A DNA stretch of 63,403 nucleotides, counting the filler, from Phoronis australis (lineage: Eukaryota; Animalia; Phoronida): assembly GCA_002633005.1 (NCBI GenBank). It is 3 parts of 3 records of this genome, joined end to end, with 100 filler letters (N's around TTAATTAATTAA, not from the genome) between each part and the next. Parts side by side here need not be neighbours in the genome. Positions count along the whole stretch, not along the records: positions 1 to 30,964 come from NMRA01000792.1; 2 more parts are not named here. The stretch is one strand, 5' to 3'. The position numbers and the translations under genes are program-made. Below are positions 9,663-24,600 of this stretch, one piece after another. Below the pieces are notes generated by a model that had not been told where the DNA came from, searched no databases, and saw nothing but the letters and a program-made list of their open reading frames with translations. Positions within the stretch are counted from its first letter, which is position 1. The number at the start of each line of letters is the position of its first letter.

Positions 9663-12600
9663 CTGAAACAAAAACAATCACTTGAGAAACTATTAGCCTC
9701 AGGCTATAAAATGATTTGGTACTGTGATGTAATAAAATGACTTACATGTGAATTTGGCCCAGTTCTTTTCAGTCAATACCAAAAATCACTGAGTCTCCCA
9801 AAATACTAAACCCAACCTGATTTATAGTGCTAATGAGTCAGAGGTTACTGCGCTTGATGTTGAAAATCATGCAGTTTCAGATTAGTCAAGGTAGAATAGG
9901 TTATTAATTAACAGATTCTGAAGCATTTACAGCACATGACAAAAGTAATCGGGCAAAATTATACAGATTCCCTGTCATGATAGCTAATTCTATTAACAAT
10001 AACAATCTTGATTATTGGGTTGACCATATTCTAATTACAGAAAAACTTAGCCACTAGCTGTACAGTTCATTCCCATTCATTCTTAGGCACAAGCACAGGG
10101 GTCCACAGCTTCTGATAGTCCCCAATACACTACATATAATACTACAAGGTATGACACTCCCGACTAGAAATTCCATGGGCGCTTCATTTCAGCCCTCCAT
10201 AGCTAACATAAAACTCAATAAATTTACACAAAACAAGGTTTCAACTTTTATTTTGGACCGCTCGAGGTCAATGATGGTACGGAAATTACCGATGAATTAT
10301 GGATGGACAGCGTTATCGACATCGTGACTTTACGCGACAAACCGGCAATTTCCGTACCGTCCTTGACCTGAAGCGGTCCAAGATAAAAGTGTGTGTGGGC
10401 TTTTTGTGAACATTTTTGTTCTTTGACTGCGAATTTCTTAAGAAGTCGCCGGAACAGGACACCGTGAATGGTATTGGAAGAAAGAACAATTGCCAATGGT
10501 TTGTTGAAACCTTGTTTTGTGCAAATTTATTGAGTTTTATGTTAGCTATGGAGGGCTGAGATGAAGCAGTCATGGAATTTCTAGTCAGGAGTGTCATAAC
10601 TTGTAGTATTATATGTAGTGTATTGGGGACTATCAGAAGCTGAGGACCCCTGTGGTCACAAGGGGAACTATTCTGATGATGGCTTCTGCCTGCCTAGTCG
10701 TCATGACAGGGAATTCCAGGTATATATGTCCAAGCTGAACACTTTTGGCTTGCACTGTACTTTACTGCTTTATCATCCTCACCTGACTTCTCCACCCACT
10801 TGTCCTGCGCTATATAGGTCAATGCTGGCACACAATGTTGGGCCACCCCGTAGTTACTAGGGTCATGACAGTTTACCATCCACACTGGCAGCATCACGTG
10901 TTCAAAGTGCTGAAACAAAACGCCAGTCACTTCCGTAAGCAAGGAGAAAAAAACATCAAGATCTGATAGAAGGAGAGCGGTTTGTGAATAATGAGCAGGA
11001 AGGTGACAAGCAGTCCAATATAACCTAGAATACAGGCACTGTAAAGCCTGTAAATAAGGTCTAATTGACTAACTTAACAGCATTTTTGGGAGCATTTAAA
11101 ATAAGTGCATAAGATCAAATAGGCCATAAGGTTTCTTCAGACAAGAGCAAAAAAGGCTTGCTGGTCTATGTACATGTATTTATTCAACAGATTTTGAGGT
11201 TCATTTTCAACTTTAACTTTTTCTCTGACAGTTGCTTCGTCATACTTATGCTAAAAAGCATAATGAAATGGATCACTACTTTCAATTTTGGTACACACTA
11301 GTGAAAAGCTTTGTTTTTTGTCATATTGTTGACACATCACCAAACTAATCAGTGATGTCACCAGATATGACAACTGCGCCACAATGCATTTGAAAAACGT
11401 CAAGATACATGTCCCTATATCAACAGGCAAGCTCATAGACAAATTGAACCACAGGGTACTCATAAAAGCCAACCAACAGCCAGCCTGATCCCTACATCAG
11501 TATATTCTAACACGGTTTGAGCCCCTACACCAGGATACCCTACACAACAGTCCAACAGAATGCATGCATTATGAGCCTCTACTCCAAGATACACCACACA
11601 GCCCCTACCACACAACTGTCCAGCATACAATAGATCTGCTTTGAGCCCCTACCTCAGGATATCCCACACAACTGTCCAACTTCTCCAACTCTGCTGGTGT
11701 GATGGTATACAAGCAGCCCTCCACAGATGCGTAAGGGTTGAACTCAATATTAGGGAACCCTCCAGCATCCATATCTACACCTGGAAACAGAAAGAAACGA
11801 CCTTGATTGGTACACCTTTTCATTCCAAACTAGACAAATTTGTTCATTCTTCTCCAGAGTAATACAACCTACGACCAAAGAATCAGACCACGCCCCAAAT
11901 AATCCAACAAGCGTCGTTTCCTAGCAGCCTTCAACAGCTCCCTCGCAGATTTATTTTTGAAAATATCATTTGGATTACATATAATTCTAATATAATTTTA
12001 ATGTTATTCAATCTGGCTAAATGGAAGTTTTCATTATTTTTACAAAATGCAGGTTTTTTAGGGCAGTTTGCATTACCCTGTGCACAAATCACAATATTTC
12101 ATGATATCACATTTTAAAAACAATTCAAATGAGAATCCCATGATGGGAAATGAACAAAATTGATTTATCAGTTTACAGTGGACTACAGCAAACTGCAATA
12201 GGATTGTCTGCTGAAAAGAATGACACTATTTGCAGAGAACCTAATGAAAATGAAAAAGTACCACAGAAACAAGAAAATGAGAGACATGGCTCAGTGCCTT
12301 TTCGAACTATAATGTATCGTCCAACGACCTGCAGTGTATGTCAGACTTTAGTGTAAAACCATTAGAGAATTTTTATTTAAAATTAGTGAAATTTTTTTCA
12401 GCTTCTGTTATTTTGATGAAACTAGGTTAACTTTGACAAAAACATCAACTTTTTCCAAAACTACTTGCGAGATAATACTCTGAAACTTTCTAGTATACCT
12501 TTTTTGTTGAAGACCAGTTGAAATCCGAATAGCAGTCCCCATAAGCGACTCTCAACAGACCGCTTTATATAAGTGCCAATCCTGGAACATCAGCAGAAAA

Positions 12601-15600
12601 GAAAAGATTTAGACATGAGAGTACAAAAGAATTTTTTTATTGTTATTCTCAGATTAGGAGTGACCTGAAAAGACTGCAGCAGAACTCCGACACCCTTCAT
12701 GTGGGTAAACCTTTAAGACCGTCAAAATGATTTGCACAATGTAAATCTTCCAGTGAATACAATAATTCCCAAAGTTTATATGAACCAACAAATGAGACCA
12801 AGCATCGTGATCAACCGACGCAAATTAATAGTTTCAAACAACCGATCTATGAGAAAATCTCCACTTCTCTTAAATCAATGTGAAAGTGACATTTTTTCAC
12901 TCACTGATTAGAGAAATCAGCATTTCTAATAATGATTTCTGTATCCAATAATTGGTGTCAGTGAGGCAATGATTCGTCTGTAGAAATACAATGTGTCCAG
13001 CTTGCTAGGAATGCTTATCCCAGAAACAACCAGGTACTAGAAAACAGCTCCCTGTTCTTAGTTTCTCAAATGACAACAAGAGGGCGCTTTATTCATGAGC
13101 AGAACCTAATTGCCTGCTAAGAAATCCCAGTAGCAGGTGCTTCATTTTCTTATCAGCAAGTTGACAACCTACTTACACTATGGCAAAACTGACCAATTTG
13201 GGATAAAAATAGTTGCCAAAACTGATTTTCTTTCACATTGTTGTGAACGGTCAAAATTTCTTAGAACAATGTCTGATGGTAGCTGTCATATAGGACTAAA
13301 AATGATGCATTTAGTTAGCGCAATTATACCTAAAATTATGAAATAAGTGAAAAAATCACTCTACTGTCTCCCAAAGTATGTCCCAAACTATTAGATTATA
13401 CCATACAAATCAATACAATACCTGTTGGGGTTCATGTCAGTTCCATAGGCAAAGTAATACAGTTGACCTTCAGGTGGGCGGGCATTGATATGGAAACACA
13501 GAGGAGGGTAGGGGGCAATGGGTGGGGTCTCCTTCGGAGCTGTTCTGTGACAAAAAATGCAAAGAAAAAATAAATTTTGTGCATGACAATTTATGTTTAA
13601 AAATTTTCCAAAAAATAAGAAAGGTTTTTCTTAGAATGTAATTCATAAATTATTTAGTAAAAACATCTTAAACTATATGACTGACCCAGAGTTTCCGTCT
13701 ATCTCACATAGCAACTTCTTAGTGACCTAAAATACCATCACAGAATAAAATCTTCATGGCCAGCTAAAACTTTGAGAAGATTACGCGATGTCTAATTAAC
13801 AAAAACTACCATTCGGAAAATTGGGTCCACACGATTATACCAAACATATGACTCCCCAAAATCCAAACCACTCCTATTTGTCTTCTTCATTTATTATCAA
13901 GTCCTACTTACTTGGGTCTGGAGATAGTTTTCGAGGTAGCCACAACAGTCAAGTTATCAGCAGTGCTGAAAAAAGAAAGGAACTCAAGGTGCTTAATACA
14001 CAATGTATATACAGCAGTCACTCAAAGAGTAGCTAACAATTAGAAGTATTAGCGTTAACTAACATGCCATCAAAATTAGAAATTTTGAGGAATTTCAGTG
14101 GCTAAAATAACCATAAATAAAAAATACAATAAGATGTGCAATCCAGAGGCTTATTTTACCAGCGGTCATGAGTCCACTCACAGCCACAACAGAAGCGAGA
14201 CATAGTGCATTTAGTTCAGTGCAAACATGAAGCTGCACCTTTTTACACTTTATATGAAATGTTGCAACTTGCGATTCAGACTCAACGACAGCCTTCAAGA
14301 GTAATGAACTGTGTCCAAATTAAAGTCGAAGTTACGACCACCTTAGCCAAGACCTTTGATAAAACAGTCCCCGTGTAAGCACTGCCAGTATGTACCTCAT
14401 TCTGTGTAAGTTGCACAACATGAACTGCTGAGACACATTTGGTGATAAACTTCAAGCTCCGGGAAATACAGGGTGAATAGAAAGTGGGAAAAATCAACAC
14501 CAGGTCACATGACTGAGAGTGCTGTGGAAATGCATTGAATTACTGGCTGTGACAAACGCAAAACTTTTCTGAAAATGAGACAAAATGCATTCCCTATTGA
14601 CAAAAATTATTTTTAGTTTAATCATTTCAGCATCTTAAGTCGTCTCTAAACTTTCCTTAGCACCCAGTACTCTTGGGAAGTCCAAATCAATATCAGTGCA
14701 TAATCCATGCGACAGTTAAGAGCCAAAGTCTTCAGAAATAATTAGTTAAATTAGTGTAAGGAATGGAAACCTTGTGATTATGACAGAAGATGGAGACACT
14801 GTGCAAGTGAGCTTGACATGCACACCAGGGGGTTGGGGTCATGGTTTCCTGGAAACAGATTAAACTCAAAGCGAAGAAGCAGGGCTGAGTTAACAAGTAA
14901 CTAATTCAAACTAGGCACCTCTTACGGACAGTAAGCCAACAAATCTGATTTTTCATTAGGCTCTACCTTGTATTTCCCAACTGGTAGCTATGAAATGCTT
15001 CTCATTGGTTGGGATTGCACAAAAGGCACTGGCTACAGCACCTGGAATTTTATGGCTGGCCTCTCTTGCTTGGAGATCAGGCTACAGAGATAAGTGTCAT
15101 TGAAAACCACTACTTATTCATGGCAACGTTTCATTCCCAACCATTTTATAAACTACAGACTATACTAAAGTTGGACATTGACTACTGAGATTTTTCAAAA
15201 CTGGGCTAAAAACTTACAAGAGAAGATAATAAAAATCACACGCATTTCAATTTCTGTTCCTTTGTTGATATGCCCCATCCTATATTAATTTATGTAACTT
15301 GCCGAGACACGTAAGGGTGACTTGACCTGAGTATACCATCACCCACCATAGTTACTACCCACAAAGAATGCAGTGAAATTTTAATTGGGAGAGCAGGCCA
15401 TGTTACATAAATACAGCAAATTACAAGTTTGTAAACTACGAAGGTGGTGCACCGTATTAATTTCCAGTTTTGTAAAATCACTCGGTAAAAATGTGTCAAA
15501 ATGGGGACAAGAGAGCAGACCAAGCTTGACAATATTTCTACACCACTTTTACAAGTTCTGTTTACGGTTCAGATATTATTTATCCTCAACTCGCTCGTTC

Positions 15601-18600
15601 CAGATTACATAATGTTATGTCATGGAAGAAGGACCACTTGAAATTTGATAAAGCTCTGCTGGAATCCCGTGTTGCGGGTGAACTTAGCAGACGAAAACAT
15701 GGAGAACCGCGGAGTGATGCACTTACCTGGGCTGAAGTAACTTGTCAGGACCGGGTGATTTCTAAAAGAAACAAAAATTTATTAATTTACACCACAAGTG
15801 TGCCATTGGGCTAGAAACGAATAATAATAAACAATAACAAAACTATTCGTGTTGGATTATAAATGTACTGGGCTCCTGGTTGATATAGCTAGGTAACGAC
15901 AATGACATCTCATCATCAAGTCACGCCATGATGCTACCGTTGAATCAAGTACTTCTAGTTACGGACTTCACCTCATGCAACAAAAGGCAAAAAGCCCTTT
16001 CCACTTCAAAAAGGAAATTTCCATCGATTCCGTTTATGTGTCTGAAAGACGAACATTTTTTCTGCGCCTCACCGTCACTTTGGTTAATTTAAAAATTAAA
16101 TACTGTCCATTGCAATTCAGTCCTTTGAAGTATCGCGTGCAGAAATTCCTACACATCCTCCACTGTTGAAACTCCTGTGCTTTCTGGAGGTGCAGAAATT
16201 TCTGCACATCTCCCAGCGCAGAAAGTAAAATTAATTTAAACAAGTCAGCAAATAAGTTTTGTGCACTGAACTCAGCCCTGGGTGCAGGTTCTAATCTTTT
16301 TACTCAAAATCAAACTAACTTTAAATCTTTTCGCGATTTTCTGTAACTGCTGGAATGCGAACTCAAAATAACTGTCTATATGTACTCAGTACATTGTGGT
16401 TTACATGTCTAATAGTCTAATCTTATTTTAGCACCCCATCTTACCATCATGAAAGCTACAAGTCCAAGACTGAACCCAAAATCTCAAGTTTGAACTACAA
16501 CTGTACTACTTCTACTTTGTAACTCGAATCTTGGAATCATGCGCAAACCTGAATAGGGCATTCGGTGTAAAAACCTCCCTACACTTGAGCAAAGAAAAAT
16601 TGACGTTTATCTTGAGTTTATACAATTACTGTTATAGAACAAAAAATGACACATTCAATTTTGAATAACAAGATTACACCCTGGGCCCTGGTGTTTTTCA
16701 TTCAATGTCATGTACAAAAAATCTGATTCAGAAGTTAACATATATTTCAAGTTTCAAAGCGAACTACTTGCAGCACAGAGTCCAGCCAAAGCAATCGTGT
16801 TGACTTTATACTTTACTCTAAGACACAGCTTTCACTTAAGCAGTTTTCAAAAAACGTTTGGTGATCTTTGAAATGTTTACGACTACAAGTGCAAAAGTGT
16901 TTCAATAACACTTGATCATGTGTAAAATTAATCTTCTTAACGATTTTCTTAATAATTTTTGCTGAAACTTTGACAAACCTAGACAAAATTTGACAGAATT
17001 TGTCAACTGCTGTCATGAATATTAATTATATGCATTAACAACTCATAACCAATAATTAACATAAATTTACTAACCTGTTTAGGCTCTGGCAACTCATCAC
17101 AAACAAGTTCCAAGAAATGAGGGTCATCGCAGTCACCAGCACCTTCATATGTAGAGTCTATGATCAGGTTAGGAGCATCATGATCAAGAGCAGTACTGTC
17201 TGTCACAATTATACTGGTCGAGTCCGCAACAACAGCAGTAGCATTCGTAACAACGAATGTCTCTTTAACAACAGTGGAAGCGTCCGAAATGATAGATGTA
17301 GAGTCTGTTACAACACTGTCTGTATCCGTCACATCCGAGACAGTTTTTGACTCACTTCCTAGTCCACTATCAGACTCATTGTACACTAAATCGTAATTTT
17401 GAACATTGCTCGATTTCATGCTACAAACAGTTTCATGCTTAGTAAACTGCGTACAACCATCACAGTCTGGACGTTCAGAATAGGAATTGCTCAAAGTGGT
17501 TACACTACTGTCAAAACAAGAGTGAGCCATCAAGTTTTCCTGGGTAAGTTTACCAATGACAGTCTGGTGTGAGTCCATCTTTAAGTTCTTCGCATGACCA
17601 AAACTATGAGCACCAGTTGTTAGAGACGAGCTAAATTCACCACATACACTTGCGAGACAAATTTTCTTCATAAGTGACAACATCAAATCCTTGTCGCCAA
17701 TTTGCGTCAAACCAAGATCTAATTTTCTAGGTGCCATGATTATTTCCGAATCTGAACTGTAATCGTGCAGTGTTCTAAGAAGGTCATCATCTTCATCATC
17801 AGATATATCAAGCCTCAAGTCTGCACCTTTTATCCCGTCATCTGTTAAACAAACTCTACTGCACGGGTCTAGCAGGGAGTCCATACTTCTCGGAGACTTC
17901 AGGGGCGATCCACAAGATGTATCAGCCAACTGATCAAGACTGATCCATCGTTTGATCTCCACCCGCATATTTGTAAGCTCAGCATTCAACTCCTCGAACG
18001 TTGACGGAACATAAGTGTTGTCAATAGCAACGTTCTCCAGTGGATCAATCCATGCATCATGGATAACCTTAGCTTCTAATACTCCACAGTTTTCCACGGA
18101 GACACCATCATTGTTTCTTCCACTTGCAGGCATTTCAGGGTGACGTTTTGAATAACTGTTCCCTGGTAACTTGCCTTTCTTTGGTGGCGTCTTGTTATTT
18201 TTGGAAGACTTGGGCTTCCTGTCTCTGTCTTGTGTTCCTCCACGCTGGCGACCACCGCTCTGACTGCCACCTTTGCTACCAGATGTTGAGCCTTTACTAG
18301 ACTGCCCTGACTGAGGTTTGCGTAGTAGCACAGTGCTGGATCCCGAGGGCTTGGTGACATCACATCCAGCATTCCCACCCCCCTGATTATCATCGTCTTC
18401 ATCGTCATCCCGCAGACGGGGTTTATGAGACCCAGCATCAGCTTCTTCCTTACAACTCAGGGGGTCGACAATAGCTGCCGTATCCACACCTTCTCCAGTC
18501 TCAGCTCCGACACCCAAATCTTCATCGCCATTGTCCCCAGGGGGCGCAGAATATCCATTATCACCGTAATTACTGTTCTCATTGCTTGCGTCTCTAGAAT

Positions 18601-21600
18601 CGCTCCAAACTGTTGTCGCCACAGAACTCACCTCAGCCTGCAGCAAATGTGCGTCATCGGCTATGAGTTGGTTGTCATGGTTACTGTTGTCAAAGTGACT
18701 GCCATCATCTGCATGCTCAATGGCAGGCGTGCTGTTGTGAAGCACGACATCAATAGGTCCCCGTGCTGAGCTTCGAACAAAACGATCACCGGGCTCATCA
18801 GATCGTGACTCCATCCAAATAAGACTATCTGCTTTCGCAACATCCTCCGACAGATTAGCGCTGTCCTTATCTGGGTCGACAACACTGCCTTTTGTACCAC
18901 TATCGCCATCTTGTGCTGACTGACCCATAACTGCACAATCCTTGCCCAACTCTGCTTCTCCTAATTTCTCACACTCTGCAGGAGCTTCAGTATCCACATC
19001 ATTGGTGGATGGTTCCGATTCTTTCGCAGTGGGCTTCTTTAAAATAGATGGAGAGGACGAAGGGCGATTTTCATTCTTAGATTTGACCTCTGCACTCGCC
19101 AGCTGTCCAGTGCCAGCTGATATGTCTGGTGAATCGGCGAAGCGCACCGACTTAGCGGAACTACGGCGAGACTCTGGTCTGCTTCCACGACTGATCTCAG
19201 AAATCCTCGAATGTTTTGGAGTCAAGCCTCGAATGCTGGAAGTCTTTTCGTAATCTCCCGCCGATACGGTAATTTTCATTTCAAAATCATCTTTCAGTTC
19301 GTCCTCATCATCACTCAACCATTTTTCCTCGTTGTCTCTTGCTTGTGTATCGGATGACCTCTGACCTTCAGACTGAACTTGAACGATGTCAGGAGGACTC
19401 TCTGCATTATTTAGGTTGTCCTGTAGGTTATTTACTGCCGTATCCACAGACGGATTAAATCTAAAAGGAAAATATAGAGTATACACTCAGCTTAAGAACT
19501 AATTTAATCTCAACCAGTGCCACAATATCACTGTGCATACACATGAGAGAATACAGAAAGGCACATTGAGGGTAGAGAAATCATGCATTGTTAAAAAACA
19601 AATAACCAAAATGATATTGCCCTGACTTTAGACCCATAGACCTATATACGAAATTATCCCATTTTTCGCAGCCTTTTCTCACCTTCCCATTTTGTTTAAT
19701 TGCAAATTGGTGCAATGCCATGCACTTAAGTTTCACAGTCATATAAACCAAGGTAATGTCCCCTGCATAGGACTAACTTTAATTTTCATATTAATATTGG
19801 TTTTGAGCACCCCTGTGCCTCCTAAGAGCAATTTTTTACATTTGCCTCAGTCTGTATCTTTGGAGCTCCTTAGCGTATTTTCAAGACATTTTGGTAAACA
19901 GCTTTACATTATTTAATTGCCACGCCTTCAGGCCTGTGCCTTTTTCGGGGCTTTTTTTATGCAATTGGTTAAAACACTGGTGGATGCACCCAAGTTTCGC
20001 AAAGGCTCCCATGAGCCTGATGGCGCGGCTATATAGTATGATTTGAGCCACATATTGTATCGGTTTCATATTGTGCCCAACTCAGAAAAGAAATGATTCG
20101 TTACCTTCAAAAGAACTGAGAGGTTTCTTCTATTTCACACCAGAGGCAGTATCGCAAAGAGTCTACTGTTTGTTGGAATTTTGACAAATAAATAAGTCTA
20201 CGCAATGCTTGGGCTGTTTCATAAAGTTAAGCTACGGTTAGAAACAAAAAAATCTTCCTACAAATCCAAGCCAAACGACAGGAATATGTAACCTGCTCAA
20301 GAGCAGACTGAAAGCCAAAACCCAATGAAAAATATCAAGCTTTGGCAACAGACTGTTTGAGAAACAGGGCCCAGGCTCCTGAAGTATGTTAACTTTGTCA
20401 TTGTAGGTTAGTTTCAAACCCCGAAACACCATGGACTTAAAAGGCGTTTCATTGCAACCAATTTTAAGTCGTGCAATGGACAAGAACAATCAATGACATT
20501 TTGGAAGAGTAAACACACCACAGACGAAAGTCATTTTTTGACACCAGAACATTGTTCAGCCACTCTAATTGGTGTAACCTGGGAATTTTAAAGTCATGGT
20601 AATCACTGAGGAAACAAACAGCACAAACCAAGGAAATGCTCCAAGGAGTCATGCTAAAACACGTATAAGTGAATACCAGGCGAGCGTTCTTCCACCAATT
20701 TCCTGGCATGAAATAACTAGATACAAAGCTACATCAGTTTTGTTTGTAAAATATCCGTGTCTAGTACACTGATTTTTCTTGAGATCAATACTGCCGTGAA
20801 CAGATGCCATGATCTAGCTACTGAGATAAGAATTCCACGCAATTGTAGCAAAAATACCCTATTAAACAAATTGTGTAGTCAACTTACGGAGACATGTTTT
20901 CATCATCACAGACGCTAGATGCTGCTGAAGTCTGGTGTAGAGACATCTCACCAGACTTGGGGCGTAGGGATTCCAGGTTCAGCTGGTCAATTTCGGCTTT
21001 CTCCCTCACTTTTTGTTGCGTTCTCTCCAACGTGTACCGGTAGTAAGGAGTTGGAGACATAGGGGGCTCTGGGGGCGATCAATTATTACATTTATAGCAC
21101 ATCGTCCTATTATGTGACAAGCAATGGCGTTGCAGTCTGTATTGGTTCTACCAACAAAATAACGATAACATGCTGCATGCAACAAATAGTGGCAAGAGTC
21201 TGGGATAACGTGACTGACAGATTTTCACAACAGGTGGATGTCCGTTGTTCCATGCAGAAAACTGGTTCTCAAAACGCAGGGATGTTTTATCAGACTATTG
21301 CCCAAAAAGCTTTATATGATTGCATAATAACCAAAACTTTCTGAAAAAAATCCGTAAATTTGCAATTTATTGCATAACTGTGGCTTCTATTTCGCCCTAA
21401 CTTCAGTGCAGTAAGACAATCCGGGATAAATTATTAACTTGAAACTAAAGGTTTCACTTTGTGTTTCTAATGTCACTGAACATATTAGGTTTAAGTGCTT
21501 TGGAAGAAAGCCTAGTCTAGAAACTGACAACAATGACAAGCAGAAACAAAGCACATCTAGTAGATGATTAAATCTCACTCGGATTCACTCCCAGGCACAG

Positions 21601-24600
21601 CTGTATGGAAGGGCCGACGTTCACCACGGGTTTCAGAGGTTTCAATCTGCAACGATAGGCTATGGGTGGCAAGCTAGTACCATGCAAAGTGAACATGCGC
21701 GAGGTGCATTGTCAGGCAATGGGTAAAGTCGTGTAGAGGAAACAACACAGTGACAGTTGTAAACCATAGGTGTCGCTCCCACACAATGGGCCTTTTGAAA
21801 TTGATATTTAAGGTCAGTGAAAGTAGTTCTTTGTGAGCTCTGCTCTTAGTCATACAACTGTCAAAGTTGGATTGTGTAACTAAACACAGCTTAACAAAGG
21901 GTTTACAGTCCTGGTTGAGAAGATAACTGTTGTATTACCCCACACATGTTACAAATGGCAAGCCCAGAATGAAACCAGAGTAGGTCGAGATGCGTTGCCT
22001 TGGCCAAAGGTCTAACCATTGTGCTCAAACTCCGTGTAGACTCATGACATGAAACTGAATCGATCATGACAAACAATTCCAGTACGAATTCACAAGTTTA
22101 TGCGAAGTCTGTCATGCAATTGGTAAATTTCTACATAGTTTTGAGCACAGAGATTGGAGCGCGGGCCACCATCTCAACCTTTGGTCAACAGATTTAGAAG
22201 TGCATCACAAACTTCGATGGGGGGGCAGTGGTACTAAAGTCAGACTTTATCTGACTTGCATTTGATTCACTACCATCGCCATTACATTAAAAATTCCAAC
22301 GAGAATGATACTTCCCTAGACTAAAAATGCGAGTCATTCACCAGTAAAGTAATTTAGAAAAGAACCATTTATGCATGCAGATGCCTCATGCGAAAAACCT
22401 AATAAATGGTGACCCTTTTAAAACTGTTCCCAAAAATGTGAACACCACTAACGCCTAATAGCAACATGGAAAAAGCACAGTACTACAAATTATTGGGAAG
22501 TTAGGACGAACTTCACTGCTACAATTTCTGTCCCTTTTTTCAAGCATTAACTGAACGGTTACAAATAAACACAAGGCCATGATTTAACAACTAATCAATA
22601 GGTGGTGCTAGCTACACTGAGCAACTACCTAACAGGAGGTTAAGGAAACTAGCTGAATAACCAGTAGCACACTACCAAACTTCAGCAGTCGACATAACCC
22701 AGCCTAAAAAAAACATGGATGGCGACTACTAATGACAATGCAAATTAATTCTTCAGTTTAAGAGATAGCATGATGATCAAGTCGATTTTCATGTCAAATT
22801 TCTCATTAAATCACATAATTTTTGAGATGTTTACTGATAGCATAGTCACCACATCTGTCACCAAACGACTTTTTGTAAAACTTGGAGCATTATTTGTAAA
22901 CCATTGAAACACAGAAAATTGACAGCAATCATTTTTGTCTCAAATTGAACAAATTTTCACCATATTTCCCAATAACCATCACAGTGTCAGATCTACAATG
23001 TCGTAAGGACGGTCCCGACATCCAAAAATGGCATCCCTTTGTTTTGTTTTGGGTTATGCCCAAGCGGGGTGAATTCCGGCCCTAAAAATCCACATCATCC
23101 TTTTATTAATCCAACTCCACCTCAGAAGGTGAAGTTTCCTGGTGATGTGTAATTCCCCACCTACCTTCCCTTCAAGAGCCGTCCAGTATGACTCTGTCGG
23201 GCAGACTGAGGCTGCTGGGAAATAAGACGACTGACATGGAACGTGGCCAGGGCGGTCCTCTCCTTGAGGTCTTCCGAAGGCGATGGGGGCCTCAACTGCA
23301 AGGTTACAAGGTGACTTGAATTATGGGAGCTACAGTTGTGACTTACAACCAGAAAGTGGGTCTATTTTTGACAGGAAATCGTGTTATTACGCAACTACTG
23401 AGAATACAGCTGTCCTCCGTTTGGTGCCACAGAATGATGAAATTACTCAAATTAGCGGTAGAAACCCACTCAGCAAAAAGCATGCTAAAACTAGAGTAGG
23501 GTATAGGATTAACACCACACTTACATACTACTCAGATATAAAACTATATAAATAATAAACTATAAATATTTTGCAGGATGAAGGTGTTAAAAATTAGGCC
23601 AGCTGAACAATTTTGAAAATTAGAAAATTACTAACTAAAGAATCATTTTTAAATCCGAAGCATTAAAAAAATCTGACTAGTAAGTTGAATAGAAAACTTT
23701 GATCCCATCATGTGATCACAGAACACTTGCGCATCAATAGGTTACTTTACAACAGAATTTCATTTCAAACTCTTTTGTCTACCAAATCTATCACAGGCCT
23801 GTAGCCCTACATAGAACTAATCTCACCCCTAAGATTCTTGTGACAGATACGACATTCTTCGGTAACTTAAAAGTTTATGGCACAACTTGCCAAATGCAAC
23901 CCAACAAAATTCCAGGTCGCCAACTGAGCACTAAGCCACCAAAACAAGAAAACCCTGAATGCGTGTGGTTGCGAATGTCCCGACCGTTACTAACGACACG
24001 TAGTTGGCAACAAGCAAACATGAAATAAACAAAATACCCGAGTTAAGGAAATGGTGAACTTAGCAAATGTCTGACAACGCACCCGAGATTGCCCAGATGG
24101 CTTTTTCAGTAAAACAGAAAATTGAAAGTGTCTCGAGTGCTCCGTAACGACCAATTTTCACCTCGAGCCAATATGCCACGCAGGCTCACCTCTAACCTGA
24201 GCTGACATTAAGCATGACTTTTGCTGAATGACTCCCACTTGTTTATTAATAATGTTGCAATTTGAACACTTGCTCGGATATGTGCGGGCGTCTCCCTGGT
24301 GAGTGCGTTACCAAATCCAGGCTAATCTCTTATCCCAACTGAACTCTGCTGCCAATTGAGCAAACATCAAGCTGCCTCAAAAAAGACCCCAATAGCCCGT
24401 AGCAATCGCAGGCGCATACCATGCAAAACATGAATTACTTTTCCCGGTCATGGGCCTGGCTAACGTACATTTGTGTTGTACACTGACCACCATGAGTGTA
24501 TAGTAAGCACATCCCCATTATTTGTAATTCTCTAGCTGCAAGACCAAGGGCTTATCCTAGATACAACACAAAATGACTGTTATCCACATTTACTGTCGAT

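Noticed and set aside
14826-14848. Possible micro-exon after a tttccag acceptor
   Set aside because: Weak donor and not needed, since exons 15761-15727 and 13965-13912 already join in frame
17117-19253. Plus-strand ORFs overlapping the giant exon
   Set aside because: Antisense shadows of a long coding exon with no recognisable domains
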